64,000 nt of DNA from Rotaria socialis (taxonomy: Eukaryota). The stretch's first letter is position 1; the number at the start of each line of letters is the position of its first letter. Below, piece after piece: positions 1 to 13,488 of this stretch. The translations under genes and the position numbers were made by a program. Below the pieces are notes generated by a model, which ran no database searches, was not told the origin of the DNA, and saw only the letters and a program-made list of their open reading frames with translations. The stretch spans positions 63,877 through 127,876 of the forward strand of contig CAJNYD010000061.1 of NCBI GenBank assembly GCA_905331295.1, written 5' to 3'.

Positions 1-16
1 ATTCTGATTTTTGTAG

Positions 17-460
17 AATGCTTCAATGAATGGTCAAGCATTTAATGCACTTAAAAGTGCAACAAGTGCTTTAAAAAATGTTCATAAAGAACTTGATGTT
101 GATAGTGTTCAAGACATTATGGATGAATTAGCTGAACAGCATGAATTATCAAATGAAATTGCTACTGCTATTTCAAATCCTGTTGGTATGATTTATTCAC
201 TTCGTTTTTATTAAATAGGAAATTTTGCTCAGGTTAATTATATACTGATGAAAATAATATTTTTAGGATTTGGTGCTGAAATCGATGAATTGGAATTGGA
301 AAATGAATTGGCTCAATTAGAACAAGAAGCGATCGCAAAAGAAATTTCTCAAATTGATTTACCATCAGTTCCAGCACCAGCATATGCCCAACCAGCCGCT
401 GCAGCATCTAGCAGAGCAAAGAAAGATGAACTGGCTGAATTAGAACAGTGGGCATCATAA
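17..460 (+). CDS. CHMP4: ESCRT-III subunit CHMP4/Snf7, 3' part (exons 17-185, 267-460; 5' exons outside window)
   Basis: ALKNVHKELDVDSVQDIMDELAEQHELSNEIATAISNPVG|FGAEIDELELENELAQLEQE...LPSVP...DELAELEQWAS matches the Snf7/CHMP4 core and C-terminal ALIX-binding LxxW helix. GT-AG intron 186-266 keeps frame. Confidence 0.9.
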
Positions 461-1937
461 AATATTTGCTTTTCTCTTTCGATTTAAAAAACAAAACAAA
501 AATAATTAAAAGACCGGTTGTTGCCAGTGCATTTCCTCCTTTTTTTTGTTGTTGTCTTCTCGTGTCTTACATCATTTATGTTTCTGTTCATTTTTTCGTA
601 CATGTAAACGTGTGTCTCTTCAACCAATATGATTTATATAAAACACAAAGGTTCTATTAGTTATTTCACAACAGAAGTGTTCTACTTCAAAGAGAAAATT
701 TCGTTGATTTCTATATTGATCATTATATATTCTAGACTAGCTCGGTTGTTTCATGCTGCTCTGTATAATTATGTACTTTTCCTTTTCCTTTTCCTTTTTT
801 TTATATTTATTCTTTAAATCTGTATAACATCAACAAGATCAATGATGGAGAAAATAAAATAGATATTTCCCGTTCTTTTGGGATTTTTATTTTTTATTTT
901 TATACTTTTATTCTTTCATTTTTTATTCGTTGTATTTTTTATTTATTTGACATTATGTGCGATGGATTCAATTAATCAGATTTATCCTATTATTATCTTT
1001 TAACATTTTTGCTTTGTCCTATTTTGATATATTTTATACTAGTGTTTATTTTACAACAGGCTGCTATCTTGATTTCTATTCTAGAGCGAACTTTTTATAA
1101 GCAATATCATTCTAATGCAGGAAGAAATATAATTAATTTCGTATAGTTAAGCTATTTGAAATAGGCTAATAGATAAAAGGTATCTGTTGTTCAGCTGTCC
1201 ATAATCCTATCTATAATTGTAAATTTCTTTAGATAAAAATCGTTTATACATATACTATTTACTATCACATGAATCAGCGAAATAAAACTATTTTATAATT
1301 TTTTTGATAATTCTTATTTTTTTAAAGTATATAATCTAACATTAAACTAATATTTTTGAGAATTGATTTTTAAATTTACTTATGAAACATTGAAACCATT
1401 AGTTTTTGTCTCGTGTAGATTCATTGTATGACATGATAGGAATTCTATTCGTTGATTCTCTTTCTGTTATATTCCCTAAAAATAATTTATGATTTAATTA
1501 TATTTTATTGTGTTTTAATTTTTGCATTTTTATCTATTTTAGATTATCGATTATCATATATTTGACATTCTTATTATTAGCTATTACTATTAAGAATTCT
1601 TAGACATTTCTAAAGTTTTTCGTGAATGTTAAAAATCAAATACTTCTACCATTGGAAAATATTTTCAAACAATTCCTTTCCTATGTCTATTCAGATCACA
1701 TTATATAATAATTAAATCATTTCTTGACTTATTGCTAATTTCTTATAGGATCTGCCAATGCTTCCATTGCTATGATTAGCTAATCATACTTGTGATAAAT
1801 ATTGAACACCTTACAATATGATTTAGATGAACTATTGAAATTTTCTAAATTTGTTCAATAAATAATTGAATACGATCATCTTTTGATTAAGCAAGATATA
1901 ATAGATCAAATAAAAGTCTATAGATATTTTTCCAGAT

Positions 1938-4900
1938 ATGAATTGCTTATCTACTGATATTGATACTCATTTTCCAGTTGCTGGCTGTCTACCTAAACAG
2001 CCAACTGGTGCATTGCAATTATTAACGAAATATCCTCAATATGATGGACGTCAAATAACAATTGCTGTTATTGATACAGGCATTGATCCATTAGCCAGTG
2101 GTCTTCAAGTATTTCTTTTTTTTCTATTTCAACAGATTGATTCAAAATAAATGTGTTTTGTTCTTTTTAGAAAACTACAACAGGACAAGAAAAAATAATT
2201 GATCTGCGTGATAGTACCGGGAGTGGTGATGTTGATATTTCAACAGTTGTTAAATTAATATCAAATAGCAATCCAGAAGATCGATCTATTCAAGGCTTAT
2301 CAGGAAGAAAATTGAAAGTAAAAGAAAATATTTCATAAAGTAGAATTTTTTTCAAACTTATTTCAAGATTCCATTCAATTGGAAAAATCCAACGGGAAAT
2401 TTTCATATTGGAATCAAATCATTAAAACAATTAATGCCAAGTTCTGCTTTTGAGCGACTTATTGTAATTTAATGTTTGGTATTAAATAAAATTTATTGCT
2501 TTAATATAATTAATAGAAGGAACGTCGTGAAAAAATGTTTGATTCTGAACATCGTCTTGCTTTAGCTGAAGCTCAGCGCCGTCTTGATGAATATATTAAC
2601 AAATATTCATTACCGACTGAAGTTAGTCTATTACATTGAATTTATATAATTACTCGGGAAAATTTTATTTTTATTTTTATTTATTTTTCAAGGAACAAAA
2701 ATTAACGCGAGAAGAATTTCAATCATTTGTTGATGCTTTAAAAGAAGTAGAAAAGAAATATAATGATCCTGGTCCATTTCTTGATTGTATTGTTTGGAAT
2801 GATGGAGATAAATGGATGTTAGTTCAGTTTTAGATAACGAAAAAAAAAATCAGAGCATAAAATTTTTGCAATACTTTTATTTTTATTTCAGTGCCTGTAT
2901 CGATACAAGTGAACAAGGAGATCTGGAGAAATGTAGATGCTTAACAAATTATGTTGATTCTCATGAATTTGCAACATTTAGTGTAATTGGTAAACAACAA
3001 CTAGAAAATAATTGAAAGATATTTCATTCTTTAATACATCAATAGATATGGTTACTTATTCAGTTCAAATTCATCACGAAAATAATATTCTTGAAATTGT
3101 TGTCGCTGGAGGTTTGTTATTGCTATTTTTAGTATCTTCATAAATTCTTTAAGATTTGACATTGATATATGAAATATAATAAATCTAAATTCAAAACCTA
3201 TATAATCTACCAAAAAATAGTTGAGTCTATCGAGAAAACGAGATCATTCGTTGTCGTCGATATTGATTTAGATGTTTATGAATTGATTTCAGACAAAAAT
3301 TGTTTTTCAAAGAATTGATCACTTGTTCTTTTAACTCAAAAAATAATCATTTATTAGTCACTTTATTCGATTAATTGAAAAAATTTTAAAAAAATAATAT
3401 TTTATGAGATTCGTCTAAATCTTCTAATGGTAATAATTTTTGCGCAATCATCTCGCTTATTTAAATTTATTCTTTCATATGCAAATAGATATTGTCGGAG
3501 TTGTATTATTTAATTAATAGAAGTAACAATAAAGCATTCATCTTTTGTTAAGTAATTGCTTTAAAAGGATAGAGACAGATCTAAGTAGAACAACATAAAT
3601 CTGCAGGCATCATCTATATGTACCTATTTTTTATTTTTTATAAAACGTGGTTCATTTATCTGATAAAAGCTTTAAATAAGAAGAAATATATATATATATA
3701 TTGTTTTAATCGATAAGACAAATGATTATCAATAATTGTTCATTTTCGTGCAACAGAATTCTTGGTCTCTATTTTCTTCTATCATCTATTCTTTGAAGTA
3801 TTATACGCACAATGTTCAGAATTTTTAACTCTCAGAATATTACAGACGGAAAGTTGACGAATATGTTCGAAGAATTCTTCTGAAGGCAAAAAATAAATAA
3901 ATTATGATTTCGATTAAAATTTTGTTTTGTTCTCTATATAAATATTCGTATAAAACTTTCACTGAAAATCTTTCTTTTTAAAACTACTTGCTACTGAATA
4001 TGTTAGTCGAAAAGATCAATAGTATAGTTCACAAAAGAAAAACTTTTGTAAAAGAAGAGCACAAGACTTCAACGGAACAGAAACGATCGAGAAAAAAGAA
4101 TTGACTGAATTTGTTATTATAATTACAAAGATAAATGATCTGTTATAATTGTTTTCTTAAATGATTATGTGACTTGAAAACCATTGATATTCAACAACTG
4201 ATAATCATTATTAGATTAAAGAATAAATGAAGTATCTCTTGTTCAGTACAAAAAAAAATATGAAATGGAATCAAGATTTGACAAATTTATTTTGCTTAAA
4301 ATGTGAATAATACTATTTTGTTTAGGTTCTCATGGAACTCATGTTGGTGCCATTTGTGCTGCTTATTTTGGGGAATCATGTGAAGAGAATGGAATTGCGC
4401 CTGGTGCGCAACTTTTATCAATTAATGTTGGTGATCATCGTTTATCAACAATGGAAACAATACCATCTTTAGTTCGAGCTGTTTGTTTCGTGTTTATTTT
4501 ATTTTCTAGTCAAATTTAATATTTATTTTTTTATTAGATAAAATATTGTATCGATTATAAAGTTGATATAATAAACATGAGTTATGGCGAAGATTGTCAG
4601 ATTCCAAATGCTGGGTAATAGTCTATTGAAAAGCTTGAAGTCTATTTCATATGTATTATAGACGAGTTCAAGACTTATGTAATGAAGCTGTTGAAAAACA
4701 TGGAATAATATTTGTTTCATCAGTTGGTAACAATGGCCCAGCACTAAGTACAAATAGTGCACCTGGTGCGACTTGTACGAACCTTATTGGTAGGTAAGTT
4801 ACAGTTAAAGTTAAGATGGTAAAACTATTTTTCTTTTATTTTTTTAAAGGTGTTGGTGGATATGTAACACCTGAAATGCAATTAGCTGAATATGCATTAA

Positions 4901-7900
4901 GAGAGTCAACAGGTTGTACAACACCATTTACTTGGTCATCACGTGGCCCATGTACTGATGGATGGTTAGGAGTTTGTATTAGTGCACCTGGTGCTGCTAT
5001 TACAAGGTCTCATTATTTTAATTTTAAATTCAAGAGACAACGGGTTTTATTTTACAATCTTTAGTGTTCCTAAATTTATTTTATGTCAACGGCAATTAAT
5101 GAATGGAACTTCGATGTCATCACCAAATGCTGCTGGTTGTATCGGTAAATTTAGATTGAATTCTTTGTCCTACGTATTTTGGTATTTTTGTTTTAGCTCT
5201 TTTGTTAAGTGCATTGAAACAAGAAAATATTGAATATAGTCCACCATTAATTCGGCGTGCACTAATGAATACAGCACAAAAATTAGATGATGAATTTTCT
5301 GTCGGTGCTGGTCTTTTACAAATTCATAAAGCTTTAGATTATATTCGTTCATTAGCTAAACCATCACTAATATCAAAAATTCAATTAGATATAATAGGTG
5401 GTCAAGGACGCGGAATTTATTTAAGAGAACTAGATCAAGTTCAAGTTAGTTCAGGGGATATAGGTCTAACAATTAAACCAAAATATATGGCAAAAAAGAC
5501 TGATCAAACAGTTACATATGAAGGTATTTTGAAGTTTCTTTTTTTTTCTTTTTTTCTTTATCAAGGAAGAAAACACATTTTACTTTAGATCAAGAAATAA
5601 AAATAAATTTTGCTTGTCGTTTATCATTAATATGTGATCCACCGGCTAGTTATGTTCAACATGGAAAATTTCTTGATTTAGCTTTTAGTGATCGAACATT
5701 TGATATTAAAATTGATCCATCCCATTTACAACAAGATCAAGCTCATTTTACTGAATTACAAGCATTTGATGTCAATCAAATTAATGCAGGACCATTAGCA
5801 CGTTTTCCAATAACAATTATAAAACCAATAACGTAAATATTTTGTAGATTGAAAGTTAGATTCTAAAAAACGTCTTTTCATTATTTTCTTTTAAAGAGTG
5901 AATCCACAAACACATTCTCTCGAATTCAATTGTCAATCATTTAAAGCTGGTCAAATCCGTCGTCATTTTCTTCAAGTTCCATCTGGTTCAAATATAGCAG
6001 GTTTGTTTTATTTATTTTTTGTACATCTAATTTGATTTGTTTTCTTAAAATAGCGTTTAAAATAACAAATCGTTCATGTGATACATCCGCTAAAATCAAT
6101 TTACATTTTATCCAATTAGAGCCAGGTCGTTCGTTTCGTGCAACAGAATTTGAAAAAATAATTCGTCTATCTCCTCATTCAACATTTCAATGTTATTTTA
6201 ATGTACAAGATAAACGAACATTAGAATTATGTTTAGCACGATGGTGGTCATCTCTCGCAATTGTTGATACAAGCTATTCTATAGAATTTCATTCAATAAT
6301 CATTTCACCTTCAGTTTCAATGCATTTACGTAGTAGTCAATCGTACGAAAGATTTATTTTAGAAAATCGTTTAAATAATACTTATGAAGATATTAATGGT
6401 TTACCTATTATTAATTGGAAATATTTAGTACAAACACTAAGACCAAATAAAGATGAAAGTAAAATACAAGTTTTGTCAAAAAGAGATTGCTTAACTGAAC
6501 AAAGACAAATCTATCAATTGATTTTAACTTATAATTTAGCACTAGTAAGATTCATTTGTTTAGTTTAGTTTTCTTATTTAGAAAACAATTTATTTTCAGT
6601 TAAAAGCTTCGGATATTCAAATAACATGTCCCTATTTACATGAATTACTCTATGATAATGAATATGAAGGTGCATTATGGATGTGCTTTGATACGAATAA
6701 ACAATATTTAGGTGCAGGAGATGTTATGAAAAATGTAAGAAATCAATCGTCTACTTATCTCTCTATATATATATATTATAGTTTTGTTTTTAGTATTCAG
6801 TTAAATTAGAAAAAGGTGATTTTATTATTCGAATGCATATCCGACATGATCAATGTGATTTATTGGAACGTTTATTAAAAGATAATGGTGGAACTGGTTT
6901 AGCTTTACATATTGCACATAAAGTCAATGGATTACCAGCACCTGATTTTTATCATTCATTAAGTGCTTTACATACACAAAAGAGAAAAATTCAAGCATCA
7001 TCTATTAAATTACAATGGGGACATCAACAACCTATTTATATGACCACTGTACAAGAAGACAAGTTTGTTTGATTTGTTTTTCGTTAAACAATCATATATA
7101 TATATATATATGTTCGATTTAAATTCAAGACTTCCAAAAGTAATCAATTCAACCACGGGAACATTTCTTTTTGGAACGATGACAATTCCCATGAATGAAA
7201 AAATGAAAAAAATGGTTTGAATTAGCTTTTAGGTTTGTTTTATAAGAGCACATACATCAAATATTGACTTTTAGGAAATGAATACTATTTATCAATATTT
7301 TACTGAACCTTGTTTATCGTCGTCATCAAGTTCATCAAAGAAGTCTTCATCAAGTAGTGCTAATAGTACTAACAAAAAACAAACGAATCCAATCATAACA
7401 ACAACTGACGATGGAATATCCAATAGTCAATCACAAAAAGATCAACAATATCAAGAAGCATTAAGAGATTTAAAAATTTCATGGGTTCCAAAGTAAAATA
7501 AATTTATTGTTTTACTGCTTTTTTCTCTTTAAATAATTTTCTATAGATTAAGTGATGATCAAGGTAAATTATATGAAGAATTATTATGTGAACAACAAGA
7601 TTTGACTAATCATATTCCACTACACATTGCTCGTCTTCAACAACTTGAAAATCAATTAAAACAGCAGCAATCTAATTTAACAACAGAAAAGAAAGATGAA
7701 AAATTAAATGAAATTATTAAGTTTATTCAAGACAAACTTTTATCTTTATTCAATGAAGATCTTATTTTGAACTTTTTTGGTCAAAAAAGTTCATCATCGA
7801 ACGATAAAGATATTCAAATTATTAAAAGGTATTTAGCAAAGAGAAATAAATATTTTTATAGAACTTATTTTTGCTATTTAAGTGATATGGAAAAACGTCG

Positions 7901-8312
7901 AAATTGGTTTATTGATATCTACGTATCATTAGGACTATCTTTATGTGAATTATCAACAATCAATGATGATACATTAAATTATTTAACAAATATTTATAAA
8001 ACATTACAAAAACATATTGATATTAATGATGGAAAATTAACAAATTTTCTTTATAAATATAATTTAGTTAAAAAATCTTATGGTCGTGTATGGAAATTAC
8101 TTTTAAAACAAATTGAAGAAAAATCTGCATCACAACACCAAGAATATGATAATAAATTACTTCAAGTAAATTCGTTTTTTTTAATTTAATTTAAATAAGA
8201 TTATTCTTTATTTTGTTTTTAGCTTTATCAAGCAATGAATATGAAATATTTAATTACATATCAAGAACGTTTACTTATTGCTAAATATCCTCAGGCTTAT
8301 GTTCTATTTTAG
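1938..8312 (+). CDS. TPP2: Tripeptidyl-peptidase II (subtilisin S8 family), multi-exon, apparently complete
   Basis: Catalytic triad motifs: [10 protein letters not shown] (~2060), GSHGTHVG (~4325), [13 protein letters not shown] (~5100). TPP2-typical [41 protein letters not shown]. Spliced frame ends with TAG at 8310-8312; AATAAA at 8345. Confidence 0.95.
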
Positions 8313-8479
8313 TTCTTTTTTTCTTTTCGTCACAATCTACATTTAATAAACAGGAAATATTTAAGATTGATATAAACAAAAATAGTTTTCTGTTTGTCTA
8401 CCAATAATCACAAATTCTAATAGATTCTCTTTAATGAATGATATGCATTTCTTTTCTTTTCATATTTGAAGACATAATA

Positions 8480-10624
8480 ATGACTATAGACGATAGTACA
8501 ATCGATATTCATTTCACTAAACTTGTTGGTTCGTTTGACGGTTATTTTTGTTTTCGTTATATATTTAATTATTTGATAGACTGGCTAGTCGATCGTCGTC
8601 ATTGTTCAAAAGATTGGAATGAACGATCAATAGCGATTCGAGCTAAAATTCAACAGGCTATTTTAGATCTACCAGAGCACGATGGAGTTAAACGACTACT
8701 TGGCTCATCATGTATGAAGGTTATTTCTCTTCGATTTTTATTATTCAGTTTATTTGATAGATTTGGATTATTTTTGTTGTCTTAAAATTGTTGAAATACT
8801 AAAAGAAACAGAAAAAGAAAGTAAAAATATGTTTGGCATGTATTCATCACAACGGATGAAAGTATGCAAAATAATTCTATCTTACTTTTTATTATTTTCT
8901 AATATTTAGGACTGGCGAACAGTTGTTTCAAATTACGAAAAAAATTCTGTTTATCTTGGTTTGTTCAATTTTCTTGCTTTTTTCTTTTTGTTTTTATTTC
9001 GTGTGTCTAGTTGAATGTGCTCAAATTCTTCAACGAAATGTTGCTTTTGAAATTCCTGCATTAAAAAAAACTATTGGAAAATGTCAACAAATTCGAGAAG
9101 AATGTCATACACGTCATGCAGAATTAGATAAAAATATTCATGAAATTGAAAAACAATATGCACAATTGTGCAATGACATGTCAATTAAAGTTAGTAGATT
9201 ATTTCATTGGTTTCATTTTATATATTTTACTTTATTTTCTTAGGGTGATAATGTTCAACGAGAATTAATTCAACGTATTGAATGTTTACCAAGTATATGT
9301 ACCGAGTTAGCTAGTGGCGATCAATGTTCCATTCCATCATTAAAATCAGCTGTCGAATTTTATATTGACTTTATGAAACATTTCCATTCATCATCAAAAT
9401 CTGATAGCGAAGAATTTTTATCCGTAATTAAATATTTAATTGAAAATGGAAATACAACTGTCTATCAATGGCGAACTGGCGGACATATTCCTGTTAGCAT
9501 TGAACGATTACCATTAAATTATAAATTCGCTGAAACAACAGAAGTTACGGAAGACGAACCAAATATTATTCTTGGATTAGATGATGATTCAACAACATCA
9601 ATTGAAGGTATCGAAGTCAAACAAACAGCAAATCAAACTGATGTCATTGATTTTGATACTGTAAGAAACGTTGTTTCACTTTCTTAATTTTTAGTTGTAT
9701 CTATTTCTAAATCTATGTAGGAAGCAGAAATTGATTGGTCTGCTATTGATACAGTACCAGAATTACTTGATCCAGCTCTTTCATCGAATGGGAATCATCC
9801 GAATTTACTTGTTGATGCTCTTCGAGAAGCTGCTCTAAATGGATCGAATCATCCAAGTATGTTATTTGATGTCTTCTGCTTTTCTTTTTCTAAAGAATAG
9901 AACATTTTATTTCTTTGACTAGTTGATGATGGTATTGCGCGTGGTAATGATGCATTGACATTATTAGAAAATCGTGCAACATATACATTATTTATTCATG
10001 AACTTCATCGAGTTAGTTTAATTCATATCATATCGAAATTATAAATAATTTTTCTTCGTTCTATTTCGAAGCTTCAATCATTTTTGAAACAACGTCTCAA
10101 TGAATATCATGTCAATGAAACTATTCTTATGACATTTATCATGCAAAATGCGCCTACATCAATACAAAAGATAAATGAAAATGGTTAGAAAATCATTTCA
10201 AACGTTATCTTTTATTTTTTTTTATTAAAGATTTAAAAACTTATTTGAAAAATGTTGATTCGATATTTCAATCAATTAGTCATCGACAATTGGATCGTTT
10301 ATTTTCGATGCGGGATTCCTACAAATTTGTTGATCGTCTTATAAATTGTTTTCAACAAAAGAAACTTTCAATTGAAAGAAATCGTTTCCAAGAAAAAGAA
10401 TTAGAAGAAAAAGCTTCAAGTTCTTTAACAGAAGAACAGCAATTGAAAGAAAAACTCAATCTACTAATTTCATACACTAAACAATTGAAAGAACAGGTTA
10501 CATCGATTTTTCTTTAAATGGATAAAAGATTTCTATGAAATAGTTTTAGGTAGCGAAAGAAATTTCTGTGAAAAAATGTCAAAATCGACGTATCAATATA
10601 ATGGGTGAAATCAATACATTATAA
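8480..10624 (+). CDS. CDK5RAP3: CDK5RAP3/C53/LZAP (UFMylation adaptor, ER-phagy receptor), multi-exon
   Basis: N-terminus IDIHFTKLV|DWLVDRRHCSKDW; YSSQRMKDW; ECAQILQRNVAFEIPALKK; GNTTVYQWRTG; ARGNDALTLLEN; C-terminus NRRINIMGEINTL* (TAA 10622-10624). Confidence 0.93.
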
Positions 10625-10996
10625 AAATATTTAACTTATTTATTCTTTTCGAAAATTTTGTGCAATCTGTGTGTGTGTTGAATTTTATTTGGAGAAAATG
10701 GGTTTTATTATGGTCCATAAAGAAATAAAACAGTTGAAACAAATTTTTGAACCACATTCCCGTTATATTAATATCTTTTCAGTCTAAAGGAAATTCAATT
10801 CTCCTCATCTTTCCATAAATTGTCCATAATTAAATGCATTAACAGTCATTTATCATCTATTGATTTGAATACAGTCGGTCACTAATAACTTAAGAATTAT
10901 TTAATATTTCAATGTCATATTAATATTTTTGTACACAAATAGGAGATATAAATGTATTGAATTTCAAAATTATTAATCACAACATGAGATATGTAC

Positions 10997-12860
10997 ATAT
11001 GTTTTTGAAAGCTGATGAGCAGGAGAAAAACAATCAATGACATTAGAAGGAAAACAGATGTATGAAACAACCAAATAACTACTGCAATTATTTGTATTAC
11101 TCGATGAACCTAAATAATTAACCAAGTTTTTTTCTTTGATTAGAATAAAATTTAATTTATACTTGAATTCGGTTGTGGTTCTTTAACAACAAGATTAATA
11201 CAACATTTATTACAAAACGAAGAACCACTCAATAAAAGTGATTTTGCACGTGGATAACGCCAGACAATCGCTGACACTTTGAATAGAGAAAATTTTATGA
11301 TTATTAAAAATTTTATTTTATTAAAAACTTTCCGTTGAAGTTTATGACATGGAGCTACTTTTTTCAAATTTTCATCGAGTATATCTTTTGGTAATACAAG
11401 AACCAATGGATAGCTAGAAAAATAAATGAATGTAAGTTTGAAAACTTCACTTGAATTTCCATTTTTGTGTCTCTTGATATCAGTCGGAAAGTATATGATC
11501 ATGCCGTTCTCTTCTAAGCTACTATGACCATAATATTCCATTTCCACGGTGAATAGAGAATATTATTCGTATTTAATCTTATTTTATTTGATTACTATTC
11601 ACCTGAGGCTTCGCTACATTGATCTTGAAAGCTTCTCGGTCCTATTTGATTCGATTTGAGTCACACAAATATTTTATCTTCGGCAGAAACTAAAATTTTG
11701 GTGAATATGTGATATTCGAAATGAATCATCGCTCGTAGTCATGAATGTATCAATCATTGACATTGTATTCATTGCTATTGTTGAGTTGATTCCATTATTA
11801 TTATTTCTATTCGTTGAATGAATTAATTGTTGTCCATTCAAATTATTCTCAATCATATTTGATGAACCAGTTAATGAAATAGCTGATGTAAGTGATGTAA
11901 CAGTTGTTCTACGTATTGTTGAACGTAATGATGCATATGTTGTTACAATAAGACCTTGTCAAACAAAATCTTTATATACAAAACTATCAGTTCAAGACTT
12001 AGTTTTATTTGATATTGTTGCATAATTATTTTAATCATCAATTGTATCTAAATAGAAATTTTAAAAATTTAAATTAAATGAAAGTGAATTTAAAAACATA
12101 ATTTCCTACTTGATGATCGAGCTGCATCTTCATCATCATCACTGTTATTTTCAACGATTCCTTCATCACTTTCATGTATTGTCGATGGTGTCGCTATTGT
12201 TGATTTTCCAGTTAATGCTTGTTCATTATCATGTAAAGATATAGATTTTGGTGAATGTGTATTTGCTAATTTTAAACTATGTCGAGCTGGTTCAAGTGTA
12301 CGAACTAATATATTTTGTTGATGTAGAGCTGAACCCTTTAAAGTTTTAATACCAGTTGTACTATTTATTCTAATAGATTTTAAATGTAATTTGATGTGTT
12401 GTTAAATCTTTCGGTAGTATAACTCCTTTTTTACGTAAGATATGTCGCGTATAACGACCGCATTTTCTATAAAAAAATTGAATTGACTAGTTTTAAGAAA
12501 GTGATACAATAGAATAAAATATTTACTTGAGTGTTGCATATTTTTGTTTATTTATAAAAGGATTATCAATACTGTATATTGAAAAACAAAATGTTTGAAA
12601 AACAGATTCTGCATAACGTTTTTCAACAAGTTTTGTACGAAACTTTAATGTCATCAAGAAGGCATTCACCATTAAAAAAGATTACTGTCAACTAAAAGAA
12701 AAAACAGAAAATGATCATTTTTTTTTTGTTTAAAAAAAGCAGCAAAACAAACTTGAAATATTGCTGATCGTAATTGAATACCATTATGACGACAAACAGT
12801 CGAGTTAATTCACGAATCAATGAAGAAATTGGAAACCAACGATTGCATAATCATTTGCAA
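10997..12860 (-). pseudogene. SBF2: Decayed fragment of SBF1/SBF2 (MTMR5/13), from the end of GRAM to the start of the myotubularin domain
   Basis: Fragments in different frames: RWFPISSLIRE, NGIQLRSAIFQ, FRTKLVEKRYAESVFQTFCF, FRISHIHQNFSFCR|SYPLVLVLPKDILDENLKKVA, AIVWRYPRAKSLLL. Frameshifts near 12840, 12800 and 12643. The expected donor near 11676 reads AT instead of GT, giving an in-frame TAA. No DENN or PH exons seen. Confidence 0.75.
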
Positions 12861-13488
12861 CTAAAATCGAAATCAAGGTTAAAACATTTTATTAATAATA
12901 CTTCATTTCTTCCTATGAGCACAATTTGTAAGAACATCTGTTAGCGCAGCTATAATTGGATTGAAATATAAACATCAATACAGCTGCTGTTGCTATCGGG
13001 GTCTTCAGTTTGAACGCGGTTTTTATTATTTTCGGCTCTCGAGATCATCTTGTCAAAAACTGACGAAAAAGATGCGTACATTGAGAAGGTAAGAAAAAAA
13101 CTCGTGACCGTCTACATGAATGCTTTGCTTTGCATCGCATTGAAAAAGATGTTAATACAAAAGGTCACTTTTACTTCTTGAAATCAATTATAATACTTAC
13201 ACGCAGCATTTATGGGCGTTTCTCTTATAAATAAAAACTTCGAATATTCCTGTATTATCAAGAAAGCAATTAGCCCGTTTAATTAAAATAGAGCGCAGAT
13301 ATTCATATTTTTTTGTTGCTGTGAGTCATCGGTGGGTTACATTGCGCTAAAATTGTTAAGAAGTAAGAAAACGAAAATGCAAATAACAGTGTGTATTATC
13401 TTCACACCCTCAACACATGAATGAACACTTAGTTTTAAAAAACAAAGAAACAATAAAAAAATCAACACAAATTTTACAACAACATAGT

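Noticed and set aside
448..817. ORFs 448-660 and 629-817
   Set aside because: Low-complexity T-rich 3' UTR of CHMP4 with no protein-like features.
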